Positions 9,758 to 19,833 are shown, counted from the stretch's first letter. The stretch: DNA of 49,281 nucleotides from an uncultured Planctomycetaceae bacterium (GCA_964429355.1 CAYSCH010000016.1:1-49281), one strand, 5' to 3'. The notes: generated by a model from the sequence alone, not told the origin. Program-made: numbers and translations.

Positions 9758-10921
9758 TCAATAAAAGCCGAATTCGTAGGCGGCGTCGTAGAGGGCCAGG
9801 ACGTTTTCGGGGGGAACTCCTGCCTGAATATTGTGGACATTGTTGAACACGTAGCCGCCGCCAGGCATGAAGGCCTGCAGATTGCGCCGCACATCGTCGC
9901 GAATCTTGTCGGGGGTGGCCGTTGGAAGAACGTGCTGGGCATCGATCGCCCCGCCCCAGAAGGTGAGCTGACGGCCGAAGCGGGCCTTCAGATCGCGAGG
10001 CTCCATGCCCTTGGCACTGATCTGGACCGGGTTGAGGATATCGACGCCGTTATCGATCAGGTCCGGGATATATTCGGTGCAGGCTCCGCAGGTGTGGTAC
10101 CAGATCTTGGCGTTGGTCCGCGAGCGGATGTACTGGACGAGCTGTTTCTGGCGAGGTTTGACCACCTCGCGGTAGAAGGCCGGGCGGAAGAGAGGTCCCG
10201 TCTGGCCAGCCAGATCGTCGCCGATCATGATCACGTCGACCAGATCGCCCACCTCGTCGAGAAACAGCCGGAACCAGTCCATCCAGAACTTGAGGGTCTG
10301 GTCGAGCAAGGCGGTGCAGAACTCGGGCTGACTGACCATGTCCATGAACCAGTTTTCCAGGCCGCGGAGATACCAGCAGGTCTCGTAGACCACTCCGGAG
10401 ATGCCGCTGACGACCGCAAAGGGAGTGTTCTCGCGCAAGTCGACGGCCCGTTGCCGCAGACCTTTAAAGCGGCTGGGATCGTCGCCCTTGGGGAAGGGAT
10501 ACCGGCGGATGTCGTCGGTGGTGGCATGGGCCAGGGGGTGGTAGCTGATATCCATGTAGAGCGGCTGGTCGGAAGGCATCGACCAGGTCACGCCGAACTC
10601 GTCCGTCAAGTCATACCAGGTCCGTCCGTTGCGTTCCCCCGTGAGGATCCGACCGTCAAAGCTTTCGGCCGCTCCGGCTGCGATATAGCGGGTGTCGACG
10701 TGGAGTCGCTGGAGGAGGGCCTCGCAGGGTTTGGCCAGTTGCTGGACGGCGTCCATGATGACCAGCTCGTCGGCGATTCCAAGGTGATCGAGCAGGGCCT
10801 GGTAGGCGAATTTGTGAATGCCCGTCTGGTTGCCGCCCAGGTCGATGGGCACACGATCGGGCTGTTGGTGATCGAGCGCGGCGAGCAGGCGCTCTCGCGA
10901 TGTCATGGTCTGGTGACCCAT
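9758..10921 (-). CDS. Uroporphyrinogen-decarboxylase (URO-D) superfamily protein, not canonical HemE
   Basis: MTSRERLLAALDHQQPDRVPIDLGG... and its length fit URO-D/MtaA-like proteins, and the HemE N-terminal PVW.MRQAGRY motif is absent. Its stop lies 12 nt upstream of the GH start, so an operon is likely. Alternative ATG at 10906. Confidence 0.7.
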   Translation of the reverse strand: MGHQTMTSRERLLAALDHQQPDRVPIDLGGNQTGIHKFAYQALLDHLGIADELVIMDAVQQLAKPCEALLQRLHVDTRYIAAGAAESFDGRILTGERNGRTWYDLTDEFGVTWSMPSDQPLYMDISYHPLAHATTDDIRRYPFPKGDDPSRFKGLRQRAVDLRENTPFAVVSGISGVVYETCWYLRGLENWFMDMVSQPEFCTALLDQTLKFWMDWFRLFLDEVGDLVDVIMIGDDLAGQTGPLFRPAFYREVVKPRQKQLVQYIRSRTNAKIWYHTCGACTEYIPDLIDNGVDILNPVQISAKGMEPRDLKARFGRQLTFWGGAIDAQHVLPTATPDKIRDDVRRNLQAFMPGGGYVFNNVHNIQAGVPPENVLALYDAAYEFGFY

Positions 10922-11421
10922 CTTGGTACCAAGCAGTGAATGGTTTTCGCTTTGCCGGGCCTTACTTCGCGACGGCCCACGGTCTTGGGGAGTGAGGGCG
11001 TCAAGACGGGTTCAGCAAATAACGGTCCGGTGCTTGTGAGGGGAACATCAGGTTGGAGTGTGATGGCTTCAATTGGCATCGTGACAGTTATTGCCTGAGC
11101 GATCCTGATCCGTTTCTCAACCGCCCCGCAGATCCTCTTCTGTGGCCCCATTGGACCAATTCCTGCAGCGAGGTGCAAGCTGCGGCGAAGACAAAGTGCC
11201 CCCCCAAGTGATTGGCAGCGGAGGCCGTGTGGGAGAGGAGAGGGCGAGGGGGGCGAGCCAGAAATCAGTCGGTCCATGGGTGGTGCCCCACAAACCGGCC
11301 CTTCGCTGCGATCAGGGACGTGCCAACCAGGTGGGAATGCGCCCTTGAGTCGTTGATCAAGAGGCCCTGACAAGACGCAGGAGGCTCCTGTGGGCATGGA
11401 TGGACGCAATCGGCGGTTCTG

Positions 11422-12465
11422 TCAGCAGCTCCAAGGACTGCTGCCATCGACTTCCGTTTGCCAGGCGGTGGGAAGGGTCTCGGCCTGTCCGAGGGAGCTT
11501 TCCAGCAGTGTCCCTGGGTCGGCCCACTGGCGCCGAACATAGGCCAACCCGACCGGACAGGCGAGTTCCGGCCAGTAGCCCATCGACGTGGTTGCCCCCA
11601 CCGGCTTGCCCTGGACCGTGAGACTGGCCGAGGCGACAGGCTCGCCGGCAGGAAAGCGGACCACCACCAACCGCCTGTTCACGTGGCCGAGCGATTCCAG
11701 GCGAGCCACCGTTTCCTGCCCGAGGTAGCAGCCCTTGGAAAACGAGATCGCCTGGTCGTCTCTTCCGATTTCCTGCGGGAAGTTATCGGAGGAAACGTCG
11801 ACCCCGTCCAACGGCCAGCCCCATTGGATTCTCGCCGACTCAAATGCGGCGCGAACGCACGTCTTCACCTCCTGCTGGATCAGCCGGGCAACAAATCGAG
11901 CCTGTTCCCGTGTGGCCACGAGGAGGAAGCCGGTGGGGCCGGCCATATCGACGCGGCAGACTTTCAGTGTGGCCTTTTCCAGTATGACATTGGCGTGTTC
12001 ACCCAGCCCCTGAGGCACCGGGATGCCAAGGTTCTCCAGGGCGATTTCCGCCGTTCGGCCGCCGAGATACCAGAAAGCCGACTGAACCGACCGGTCGGCC
12101 ACCTGCACGTCTTCGCGAATGACGTATTTGGCGAAGTGGCCGGCGAGCGACTCAGCCCGTGGCGCGGCCGTAAGGAACGAAGTGGAATCTTCGTCGGCAA
12201 GGATCAAGCCATGCGTCAGGACATGCCCTTTGGGGTCGGTGAAGAAAGTCTCGCGTCCGTGGCCAGGCTGGAGGTCGTCGAGGCGATTGGTGCCTAGCGA
12301 ATTTACCAGTCTCGTACGATCGGCACCGGTCAGTTGGATATGGGACCAACCGGGAAGCTCCAGGCTTCCGGCCCGATCGCGAATCGCCTCGTAATCTTCG
12401 CGCCACCAGATGGGTTTCACGACGTTGCGGTCTCCTTGCCATTGGGCAGTCTTTTCATCTGTCAT
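11422..12465 (-). CDS. ygfZ: Folate-binding YgfZ/GcvT-like protein
   Basis: The 347-aa product starting at MTDEKTAQW carries the YgfZ signature KGCYLGQE and a GcvT-like fold pattern. The ORF-track version (to 13575) is an open-frame extension that runs antisense into the next gene. Confidence 0.75.
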   Translation of the reverse strand: MTDEKTAQWQGDRNVVKPIWWREDYEAIRDRAGSLELPGWSHIQLTGADRTRLVNSLGTNRLDDLQPGHGRETFFTDPKGHVLTHGLILADEDSTSFLTAAPRAESLAGHFAKYVIREDVQVADRSVQSAFWYLGGRTAEIALENLGIPVPQGLGEHANVILEKATLKVCRVDMAGPTGFLLVATREQARFVARLIQQEVKTCVRAAFESARIQWGWPLDGVDVSSDNFPQEIGRDDQAISFSKGCYLGQETVARLESLGHVNRRLVVVRFPAGEPVASASLTVQGKPVGATTSMGYWPELACPVGLAYVRRQWADPGTLLESSLGQAETLPTAWQTEVDGSSPWSC

Positions 12466-12780
12466 TATTGCGCGGGCAGCTACCCCGCTATCAGGCGACC
12501 GATAGCATCTTCGCTCCGGCAGGGTGGCACGAACGCAGATTCCCCCCCAAAGTAATGTCTCATGTCGCCATCGGACTGCAGGTCCTGCTATCACGTTGGA
12601 GAGGAATTCCCCAGAATTCCCGGGAAAAACGAATTTGGCTGCCAAGGTTTTGCGTCGCCATGAATCCAACATGGAGTACTCGCAATTCGCCAGTTGCGGA
12701 GGGCGGAGTTGTTTTGTATTCGTAGAGGACACTGCCACCGATGAGTATGTCTCCGCATCGGGGCTTTTTTCCACTTGATC

Positions 12781-15700
12781 ATGAAGTCCACCACGATGCC
12801 ACTGGACCGAACACCGAAACGGCTGGTCGTCTCTGTTGGACGGTTTCTCCTTCTCCTGGGATTGATGGGTCTGTCGTGGCAGGTCTGCGGAGGGCGAGAG
12901 GCGTCCACGAATCCTCGTTGCGCCTGGATCGCCGTATCGGAGGGACCTGTTCTGGCACTGGCGGAAACCAGGATCCTGGCAGGAACGCGAGCGATATGGC
13001 TCGAACGGGTGGAAATCGACCGGCTGCTTGCAGAGAGAAAGCTGCAAGAGGTCTTTGGGGCGGAAGCCGTGTCGGAGCGGATTGGCCTGGGAAAAGTGTT
13101 GAAGGCCGACGTACTGGTGCTCGCACGGATAGGAAGGCGCGAGGAGCAGTCGTTCGCCGAGCTGGTGGTCGCCGAAACCGGGGGCGGCATGCGGATTCTG
13201 AGCCGGCAAATCCCGCTCAGCGACGACGCGGAGGCCGACGCGGCGAAGTTGTGCGAGCTTGTAGGCGTCGGGTTGAAGAAACACGGCGAAACGATTCGCG
13301 AGGTGTATGCTGTTTCGCCGTTCCTCTGCCAGGAACTTGGATACGAGCATGATCATCTGCGATCCGCGTACCCCAGACTGCTCGAAGAACTGCTTCTTGC
13401 CCAGTCCGGCGTGCTCGTGGTGGAGTTGAAGGAAGCTGAGGCCATTGCCAAGGAATATGCGCTCGCGGATCCGGAGGGGAGACCAGCGCGGAGGCTGCCG
13501 ATTTACGTCCTGGGAGAATTCCGCCATGAGGGGCGAGAAGAACCGCCGCGAGTCCAGATCACGATCAGGACTCAACGGGGCGAACAGGTGCTGGAGGAGT
13601 CAAGCCATCTGGTCTTGCCGGCGAGTGTGCCGGACCTGTTCCGCGAAATTACCGCCCGATGGCATGAGAGCCGAGGCGGCGTGCCAATGGAGCCGGACGT
13701 GGCAGCCGAAGTTCGTACCTTGGCCAGTCGCGTGGAGGAGTTGTCTCGATTGGGGCAGTGGCGCGACGTGCTGGATCTCAGCGAAGCGACGCTGCTCCTT
13801 GCGCCGGATCAGCTCGACTTGCGGTACAAGGCCATCCGCGCAGCCCGGCTGGAACTCCGGGGGGTGCCGGTGGAAGGGAGTGACGCCTGCGAGAAGCGGG
13901 TATCGCTCGGCGCTCGCGCGCTCGAGCACGCCAAGATGGTCACCAACGCGGGAATTCCGGAACCGGACCTCTTTGCCCAGGCATTCTATTTCGCGCAGAC
14001 AATCTATGGACGATGGGATCCTCCAGTTCACCCAGCTCACATCCCTTGGGGACTTCATGAGTGGGAGCGGGTTTCCGAAGAGTTTGTTGAACCCCTCACG
14101 AACCTGGCAATATCAGAAAGACAGGTGTCGCGGCAGTTGGCCGACCGCTACGCGGAGCTGGAAAACTGGTACATGTGGGAGCAATGCATCCTGCACGCCA
14201 CCGACTGGAAGCTTCCCCAGCAGCGTTATGCCGATCGGGCCGCTGCGGTTCTTCAACACCAGCAGAAACTGCCCGAGAAGACGATCAAGAACGTGTGCCG
14301 ACCTGGCCGGTTGTCGGTCGAGGGTGACCAGATTCTCGCGACGCTCGCCGAGTCGCCGCAGGCCAGTGCGGCTGTCCGTGCTGCCGTGCAGAAACTCCTG
14401 GACGAGAGGGAGCGTTACAGACGGTCTTTCCCCGAACGCCCGCCCTCCGGCCCGGCCTCTTCGGATCCCCCGGTGGTGTCTGAAGGCACTGCCGACCGCA
14501 CGACGCTGACCTTCCGGCCGATCGAACTTGAGTGTCCGGATTTCTTTTTTGGCAGGAGGGAGAAGCTCCAGCCCGATTTCTGGCAAGCACTGCCAGGAGA
14601 CATCGATCTGCTCGCAGAATCGCAGCTTCGGGTGCTGTTGCTCAAGCAGCGCGGACTCGTCAGACCGATTGGTTTGGCGAGTCGCGACCGAGTGGTTCAT
14701 CGAATCTCGTACCCCAGCTACGACGGGAAGTACGTGTGGATCGCGCGGAACGACGCCGTCTTCGTTCTGGATCCTGTCAGCGAAAGAGTCTGGCCGATCG
14801 ACACAGGCGACGGCCTGCCAGATCTCAGAATGGACCCCGACCAGAAAGCCTCGTCCATGCTGCGACTGAGGGTTGTGGGGATAAGCCCCGGGAAGGCGTT
14901 GGCCGTGGGATTCAACGGCCGGACCTGGTATGCGATGATCGACTTTGACCCCTTTGACCCTCAGGGTGAGCATAAGGTCGACATTCTGCACGAAGCGCGC
15001 GAGTCTTCCGACCACCGAGACACCCAGGGCGCCTGCAATTACCTGAGCCCGCAAGCGGCGTTCCTTCCGGGAAATCTGCATTTCTTGAGGCGGGAGAATT
15101 CCGGTTCCGACGCGTCGGGCTGCATCCTCGTAGGCCGGCAAAGCGGATGCGGCCATTTCGTGTCGTACCCGGCGATTTTCGATCTGGATTCGAGAACGGT
15201 CCGGATTTCTCGGGAACCGATGCCGGTACTTCCTGACGGGTACTTCTACTTCTTCCTTAAGTCGGAACAAGGCAAGTTTGATCTGGCGATACGTGAGCCC
15301 CCGGACGGTGCGGTTCGCACGATCCTGCCGAATGTCTCTCCGGGACACGTGGTCGTCGAGGGGGACGAAGTCCACATTGCCGGCCGGGAGTGGTGGAAGG
15401 GGAGCGTGTCGGGAAAGAATCTCCAGTCGTGCGGGCCGGTTCCCTGGAAATACACCGGTCTCTCCGGGCCGGACCCGTCCAAGACGGACTCCATGGAAAT
15501 CCGATTCGCCAGATACAGCAATCATTACGGCCCGTGCGTCAGGCTCTACCATCCCAAACATGGCTCGCGAATCCTGCAAGTGCTGCTGGACGGTTCGGGT
15601 CTCTCGTATGAGAAGGCGATCACTAAACCGGATGTACCGGATAGGCTCCAGAGGGATGAGCCGGTGCACCGGACGGGGATTCTGGCCTGTTACCGGCCTC

Positions 15701-16650
15701 CGGAGAAGCCGGAGATCCTCTGGGAAGGAGGCTCCCGCGACTGCCGCGACCTCGTCTTCACACCCGATGGGAAACACATTCTTACGGCCCGGCGCACACC
15801 CGGCCAAGGACTGAGACTCTGGGAGGCATCGACTGGGCGACTGGTCGCCGACCTCCTTGAAGGAGAGCCGGGAGTAGGCCGGATCGCGATGAGCCACTGC
15901 GGGAAGTACTTGGCCACGGGGAGCGATGACGGCTCGGTCATGGTGTGGTCCACCAGCCAGTGGACGCCGATCCATCATCTGGAAGGGCACCGGGGAGAGA
16001 TCACGAGCCTGGCTTTTTCCTGGGATGAACGGCGGATTGCGGCAAGCAGCCAAGACCGTGAGGTGCGCATTTGGGAGGTTGCCACCGATCGCGAGCTTGT
16101 TCGGATTGCCGACAAGGCAACGCCGGTTGGTTGGATCGGCTTCACCTCCGACGACACGCGGCTGATCACATCCCGCCAAGATGGAGTTGTGGAATACTGG
16201 TCTTCCCATGACGGAACCTTCCTGTCCTCAGTGGAATCGATCAACTGGATCGGCGGATTCACCGCGGACCGCAAGTTGCTGGCGGTGGCCAACAACCTGG
16301 AGCACAGCCTGATTGTCTGGGACACAGAAGCGGAGGCGGCTGAGAGATTGCCGTTTCGGGCGGCCTTTGTGCCGCACGCCCTTTCGCAAGACGGGCGCCG
16401 AATGGTGTTCAGCCGTCAACTCAAGACTGCCCATGAACAAGGTGTGGAGATCTACCGCGTTTGGGTATGGGATTTCCCCGAAAAGAAAGAGGTATTCGCG
16501 TATTCCGGGTCTCTGGCGTACAAGCAGTTTCGGTTCTCTCCCGACGGAAACACCCTTTTCGTCCTCGGGGAAAGCCAGCCTCCGTGGCGATTCGGGCTTC
16601 CTGCAAGTGAGGAACCTTCCGGAACGAGTGAGCCACCGTCCGCACCATGA
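12781..16650 (+). CDS. Very large secreted or anchored protein with a C-terminal WD40 beta-propeller
   Basis: The first ATG at 12781 gives MKSTTMPLDRTPKRLVVSVGRFLLLLGLMGLSWQVCGG, a signal peptide or anchor. The last ~330 aa are WD40 repeats (GHRGEITSLAFSWDERRIAASSQDREVRIWEV and others). No Walker A motif or other catalytic motif seen. Confidence 0.75.
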   Translation: MKSTTMPLDRTPKRLVVSVGRFLLLLGLMGLSWQVCGGREASTNPRCAWIAVSEGPVLALAETRILAGTRAIWLERVEIDRLLAERKLQEVFGAEAVSERIGLGKVLKADVLVLARIGRREEQSFAELVVAETGGGMRILSRQIPLSDDAEADAAKLCELVGVGLKKHGETIREVYAVSPFLCQELGYEHDHLRSAYPRLLEELLLAQSGVLVVELKEAEAIAKEYALADPEGRPARRLPIYVLGEFRHEGREEPPRVQITIRTQRGEQVLEESSHLVLPASVPDLFREITARWHESRGGVPMEPDVAAEVRTLASRVEELSRLGQWRDVLDLSEATLLLAPDQLDLRYKAIRAARLELRGVPVEGSDACEKRVSLGARALEHAKMVTNAGIPEPDLFAQAFYFAQTIYGRWDPPVHPAHIPWGLHEWERVSEEFVEPLTNLAISERQVSRQLADRYAELENWYMWEQCILHATDWKLPQQRYADRAAAVLQHQQKLPEKTIKNVCRPGRLSVEGDQILATLAESPQASAAVRAAVQKLLDERERYRRSFPERPPSGPASSDPPVVSEGTADRTTLTFRPIELECPDFFFGRREKLQPDFWQALPGDIDLLAESQLRVLLLKQRGLVRPIGLASRDRVVHRISYPSYDGKYVWIARNDAVFVLDPVSERVWPIDTGDGLPDLRMDPDQKASSMLRLRVVGISPGKALAVGFNGRTWYAMIDFDPFDPQGEHKVDILHEARESSDHRDTQGACNYLSPQAAFLPGNLHFLRRENSGSDASGCILVGRQSGCGHFVSYPAIFDLDSRTVRISREPMPVLPDGYFYFFLKSEQGKFDLAIREPPDGAVRTILPNVSPGHVVVEGDEVHIAGREWWKGSVSGKNLQSCGPVPWKYTGLSGPDPSKTDSMEIRFARYSNHYGPCVRLYHPKHGSRILQVLLDGSGLSYEKAITKPDVPDRLQRDEPVHRTGILACYRPPEKPEILWEGGSRDCRDLVFTPDGKHILTARRTPGQGLRLWEASTGRLVADLLEGEPGVGRIAMSHCGKYLATGSDDGSVMVWSTSQWTPIHHLEGHRGEITSLAFSWDERRIAASSQDREVRIWEVATDRELVRIADKATPVGWIGFTSDDTRLITSRQDGVVEYWSSHDGTFLSSVESINWIGGFTADRKLLAVANNLEHSLIVWDTEAEAAERLPFRAAFVPHALSQDGRRMVFSRQLKTAHEQGVEIYRVWVWDFPEKKEVFAYSGSLAYKQFRFSPDGNTLFVLGESQPPWRFGLPASEEPSGTSEPPSAP

Positions 16651-17037
16651 GTCGGCCGTTCTGGTCCTGGTGTAGCGGGAGCCGGAAAGGAGCTTCGCCC
16701 GGCGAAGAGTCTTTCCCATCGGTTCAGTCAGCGGGTGTTCTGTTGCCTGGCTCGAAAGATGCCTGACGGGCATGGAGCTGTTCGGCTTAAGGTGTTTATA
16801 CAGAACGACTTCGGGTTCGCCAGGCGTGCCGAAGCGGGGATGGGAACGGCTCGGACCGCATCGGGCCTCCGGTTCGTGGGGAGAAGGCCAGCTTCCCATG
16901 TTGTTGCCAATTCGTACGATTCTTATGCGGTGCTGGCGGGTTTCGCACCGTGCCTCCCTGACCTACCGGCCGGGCTCTACCGGCAACGATACAATCCCCT
17001 GGAACCGAGAACGAAGATCGAGTTGAGGAATAGGACG

Positions 17038-17370
17038 ATGGAATTGAAACTGACTGAGAGAGCCGCGGGCGAAGTCAAGCGAATCATCACCGAGAAGAAA
17101 CTTCCCGAAACGGCGGCTCTTCGCGTTGCTGTTGCGGCCGGCGGGTGCAGCGGCTACGAGTACCGGCTCGAATTCGAAGAGGATCCGAGTGACGAGCAGG
17201 ATCTTGTCCAGGAGATCCGCGGTGTGCGGGTAGCAGTCGATCGCAAGAGCGCCGCGATCCTCGGCGGCACGGAGATTGACTTCAAGGAAGACCTGATGAG
17301 CCGGAGCTTCGTCTTCAGGAATCCTCTGGCAGTCCGCACCTGCGGCTGTGGGAACTCCTTCCAGGCGTAG
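17038..17370 (+). CDS. A-type iron-sulfur cluster carrier (IscA/ErpA/HesB family)
   Basis: 110-aa product MELKLTERAAGEVKRII...GGCSGYEY...CGCGNSFQA with the three conserved Cys. The ATG is preceded by GAGGAATAGGA. The upstream 100 codons of the ORF-track ORF do not look protein-like. Confidence 0.85.
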   Translation: MELKLTERAAGEVKRIITEKKLPETAALRVAVAAGGCSGYEYRLEFEEDPSDEQDLVQEIRGVRVAVDRKSAAILGGTEIDFKEDLMSRSFVFRNPLAVRTCGCGNSFQA

Positions 17371-17386
17371 GGAGATTCGGTGCCCG

Positions 17387-19429
17387 TTACTGGGGCGAGT
17401 AGACTCGCGTGCTTTCTTCCTTGGTGATCGGGTCGGGGATTTCATCCGTGGTCACTTGGACGCGCATCCGTACGTCACCCGGCTGTACTCCTTCGACTCG
17501 AACGCGGTAGGTCACATCGGCCTTCGCGGCCAATCGTGGCAGGGGCTCGAACACAAGGGTGTTTCCCTGGGCCGACGGAGCCTGCTGGTTTGGCGCCTCG
17601 GCGGCGATGGCGCGCAGATTCGGCGGTACCTCGGCCACCAGACGCACGTTCGTGGCTTCCTTGGAGCCCTGGTTTACGACGCGGATCTCGTACAAGGTCT
17701 GACCGCCGACTTCGATTGGGTCCTGAAGATCGGCCACCTCGAAGTACATGGCGACGATACCTTCGACCAGCACGGCCTGTTCGACTTCTGCTTTCGCTCC
17801 GCTGTCGTCGGATGATACGAGGCGAATCTTGTGCTGGCCGGCTTCGACCGGCATGAGTGTGAGTTGAACGGGGGGCGGCCCGGCTTGAACGGGAATCTCT
17901 TCCAGCACCCAATGGACCGTGCGGGTTGCCTCCTCATAGTAGGCACGGTTCGTGCCGCTGACGAACTTCAATCCGGCCGGTACCTCGACGGCCAGTTCGA
18001 CCTGCTTGGCGGGCGCCGTGCCCGGGTTGCGAACCGAGAGATTATAGACCGCCTCGCATTCGAGGAATCGGCGAGAGGGACCTTGGACGTCGACCTCCAG
18101 CTTGGGAGCGATCACCTCGATCGGGCTCCGGTGTTCGGTCCGGAGGCTGGGCTCGCCTCTTGCAGTGATGACGTTGACCAATTGACCGGGGTGGACGGCT
18201 TCAAGAACGAGCGTCAGCTCGCGAGATTCTTTAGGCGCGAGGGTACCGACTTCGTATTCCAGGTCGGCGCCGGCCGGATGGCGGAAACCGTCGGGCACGT
18301 GTTCTTCGAGCACGACGTTCTCGGCGATGCCGGTTCCCGGGTTGGTTACCCGGATCTTCAAGGTGAGGTTCTCGCCCTTGAGGACCTTTTCGAGTACTTC
18401 GGTTTCGACAGCCAGCATGGGACGGGTCACCTTGGCCCGAACGGAAGCTTCGGTCTGGAAGTGGACGGTGGCAACGCTGCCGATCTCGCCTTCTTCCGTG
18501 GGCATCAACTCCATCTCGACGACAACATCCTGGTTTGGATTCAGAGTTCCGATTTTCCAGACCAACCCACCTTCTGCACCCTGCAAAGCCTGAGGTTTGG
18601 TGCTCTGGAGCCGAGTTCCTTGGGGGATTTCGTCACGGACTTCAACATCTTTGGCGGCCACGGTGCCCACGTTTCGCACGTGGATTTCGAAGATGGCGGG
18701 GCGTCCGACCTGGATCTCGACGGGTGCGACTTTCTCGACGACGAGTTGCGGCGTCTGGGCACCTTCCTGATCGTTGGTACCAGGGCGGCCTGTGCCCGTC
18801 GCCATTTGCGGGCCGGACAGGGCGGGCTGGATCGGCGACTCGGCGAACGTCGGCGGTGCCGAGCTTCGATTCATCGGCTGGGCTTCGCTGGGAGGCTGGA
18901 TCTGCTGGGGAATGAGGTCCGGCTCGGCCAGATAACCGCCGGTCGGAGCTGGCGGGCCTGCCACGGAAGTTACGTCCGCCGGGGGCATTGTTGCCGAGGC
19001 CGACGGAAGAGGTTCGGCCATGGGGATGGAGGCGGCAGGATTGGCGACAATGCCGGCTGCGACGGGTGGATCGAAATTGGGCGGAACCGGCGACGCGAGG
19101 ACGGGAGGTGGCTCTACGGGCGGTGGTGTCATGCCCGTGTTGGTTGCGTCTGCAAGGGAGAATGCTGCGGGCGCGGGTGTTGGCATCGCGACATTGTCGG
19201 TGGCGGTCTGAGTTGCTGTATTCCGGAGATCCGCGGTCTGCCGCGAGTTTGGCGATCGCAACGGATTACCCGCCGGTTTCGGCGTAGTGGGCGAGGAGTT
19301 GGTTGTGGCGGAAACGGCCGATTTAGGCGACGCAACAGCGTCAGTGCGGCGTTGGGCTTGTGCGATGGTAATGAGCCCAAGAGTAATAATGGCAGCAAGA
19401 ACGGACATTCGAAGGAGAATGCGTTTCAT
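17387..19429 (-). CDS. Secreted DUF11-repeat (conserved repeat domain) surface protein
   Basis: Signal peptide MKRILLRMSVLAAIITLGLITIAQA, then a Pro/Ala/Thr-rich linker of about 200 aa. At least four repeats follow, of the form V..V.P..V..G....Y.I.V.N.G...A..V.V.D.IP.G (for example IQVGRPAIFEIHVRNVGTVAAKDVEVRDEIPQG). Confidence 0.75.
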   Translation of the reverse strand: MKRILLRMSVLAAIITLGLITIAQAQRRTDAVASPKSAVSATTNSSPTTPKPAGNPLRSPNSRQTADLRNTATQTATDNVAMPTPAPAAFSLADATNTGMTPPPVEPPPVLASPVPPNFDPPVAAGIVANPAASIPMAEPLPSASATMPPADVTSVAGPPAPTGGYLAEPDLIPQQIQPPSEAQPMNRSSAPPTFAESPIQPALSGPQMATGTGRPGTNDQEGAQTPQLVVEKVAPVEIQVGRPAIFEIHVRNVGTVAAKDVEVRDEIPQGTRLQSTKPQALQGAEGGLVWKIGTLNPNQDVVVEMELMPTEEGEIGSVATVHFQTEASVRAKVTRPMLAVETEVLEKVLKGENLTLKIRVTNPGTGIAENVVLEEHVPDGFRHPAGADLEYEVGTLAPKESRELTLVLEAVHPGQLVNVITARGEPSLRTEHRSPIEVIAPKLEVDVQGPSRRFLECEAVYNLSVRNPGTAPAKQVELAVEVPAGLKFVSGTNRAYYEEATRTVHWVLEEIPVQAGPPPVQLTLMPVEAGQHKIRLVSSDDSGAKAEVEQAVLVEGIVAMYFEVADLQDPIEVGGQTLYEIRVVNQGSKEATNVRLVAEVPPNLRAIAAEAPNQQAPSAQGNTLVFEPLPRLAAKADVTYRVRVEGVQPGDVRMRVQVTTDEIPDPITKEESTRVYSPQ

Positions 19430-19833
19430 CGATCGAGATCCCCTGACGGACTGACAGGCCGTCCACTGAACGTTTCAGTATGCAAGAGCCGCAGATGGAG
19501 TTGGTCCACGACGGCGCGCAAAACCCGCCGACGGTGGCTGGCTGTTAGTATCAGAATCCACTTCGAAGGGGAAGGCCAATTGTGGGGATGAGTCGGCAAG
19601 CCGGCAAGCTTGGTAAGCTGGCTGGCAGGACAAGCCATTACCATCCTGCCAGCGGACTGGTGTCTGGCGGGGACATTTTGCCGGCGCAGGTGAGGCGAGT
19701 GGCGGCCATGGTTTCGCTGGAAGTCAGCGCAAGGCACCGGCGATTTCGAAAGTGGGGTTGCTGCGGGGGAGCAACCGGCGAGGACCAGGGATCGAGAGGC
19801 GGCAGGTCGGAATCTTGGCCTGGCGACGGGCTG

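Noticed and set aside
10922-11421. 500-bp gene-free gap upstream of the URO-D-like gene, considered as a cobalamin or other riboswitch
   Set aside because: I found no B12-box-like element (AGYCMGGAGACC-type) or other riboswitch core on the minus strand, only short hairpins. The overlapping 168-aa ORF (10903..11409) is noise-like. The gap remains unexplained, but nothing specific supports a call.
12466-13575. Upstream extension of the ygfZ ORF (track ORF 11422..13575, 717 aa)
   Set aside because: YgfZ homology starts at MTDEK (12465). The extension has noise-like composition and runs antisense into the WD40 gene start.
16735-17037. 100-codon N-terminal extension of the IscA-type ORF
   Set aside because: The extension is not protein-like. 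A canonical 110-aa A-type carrier starts at the ATG at 17038, which has a good SD.
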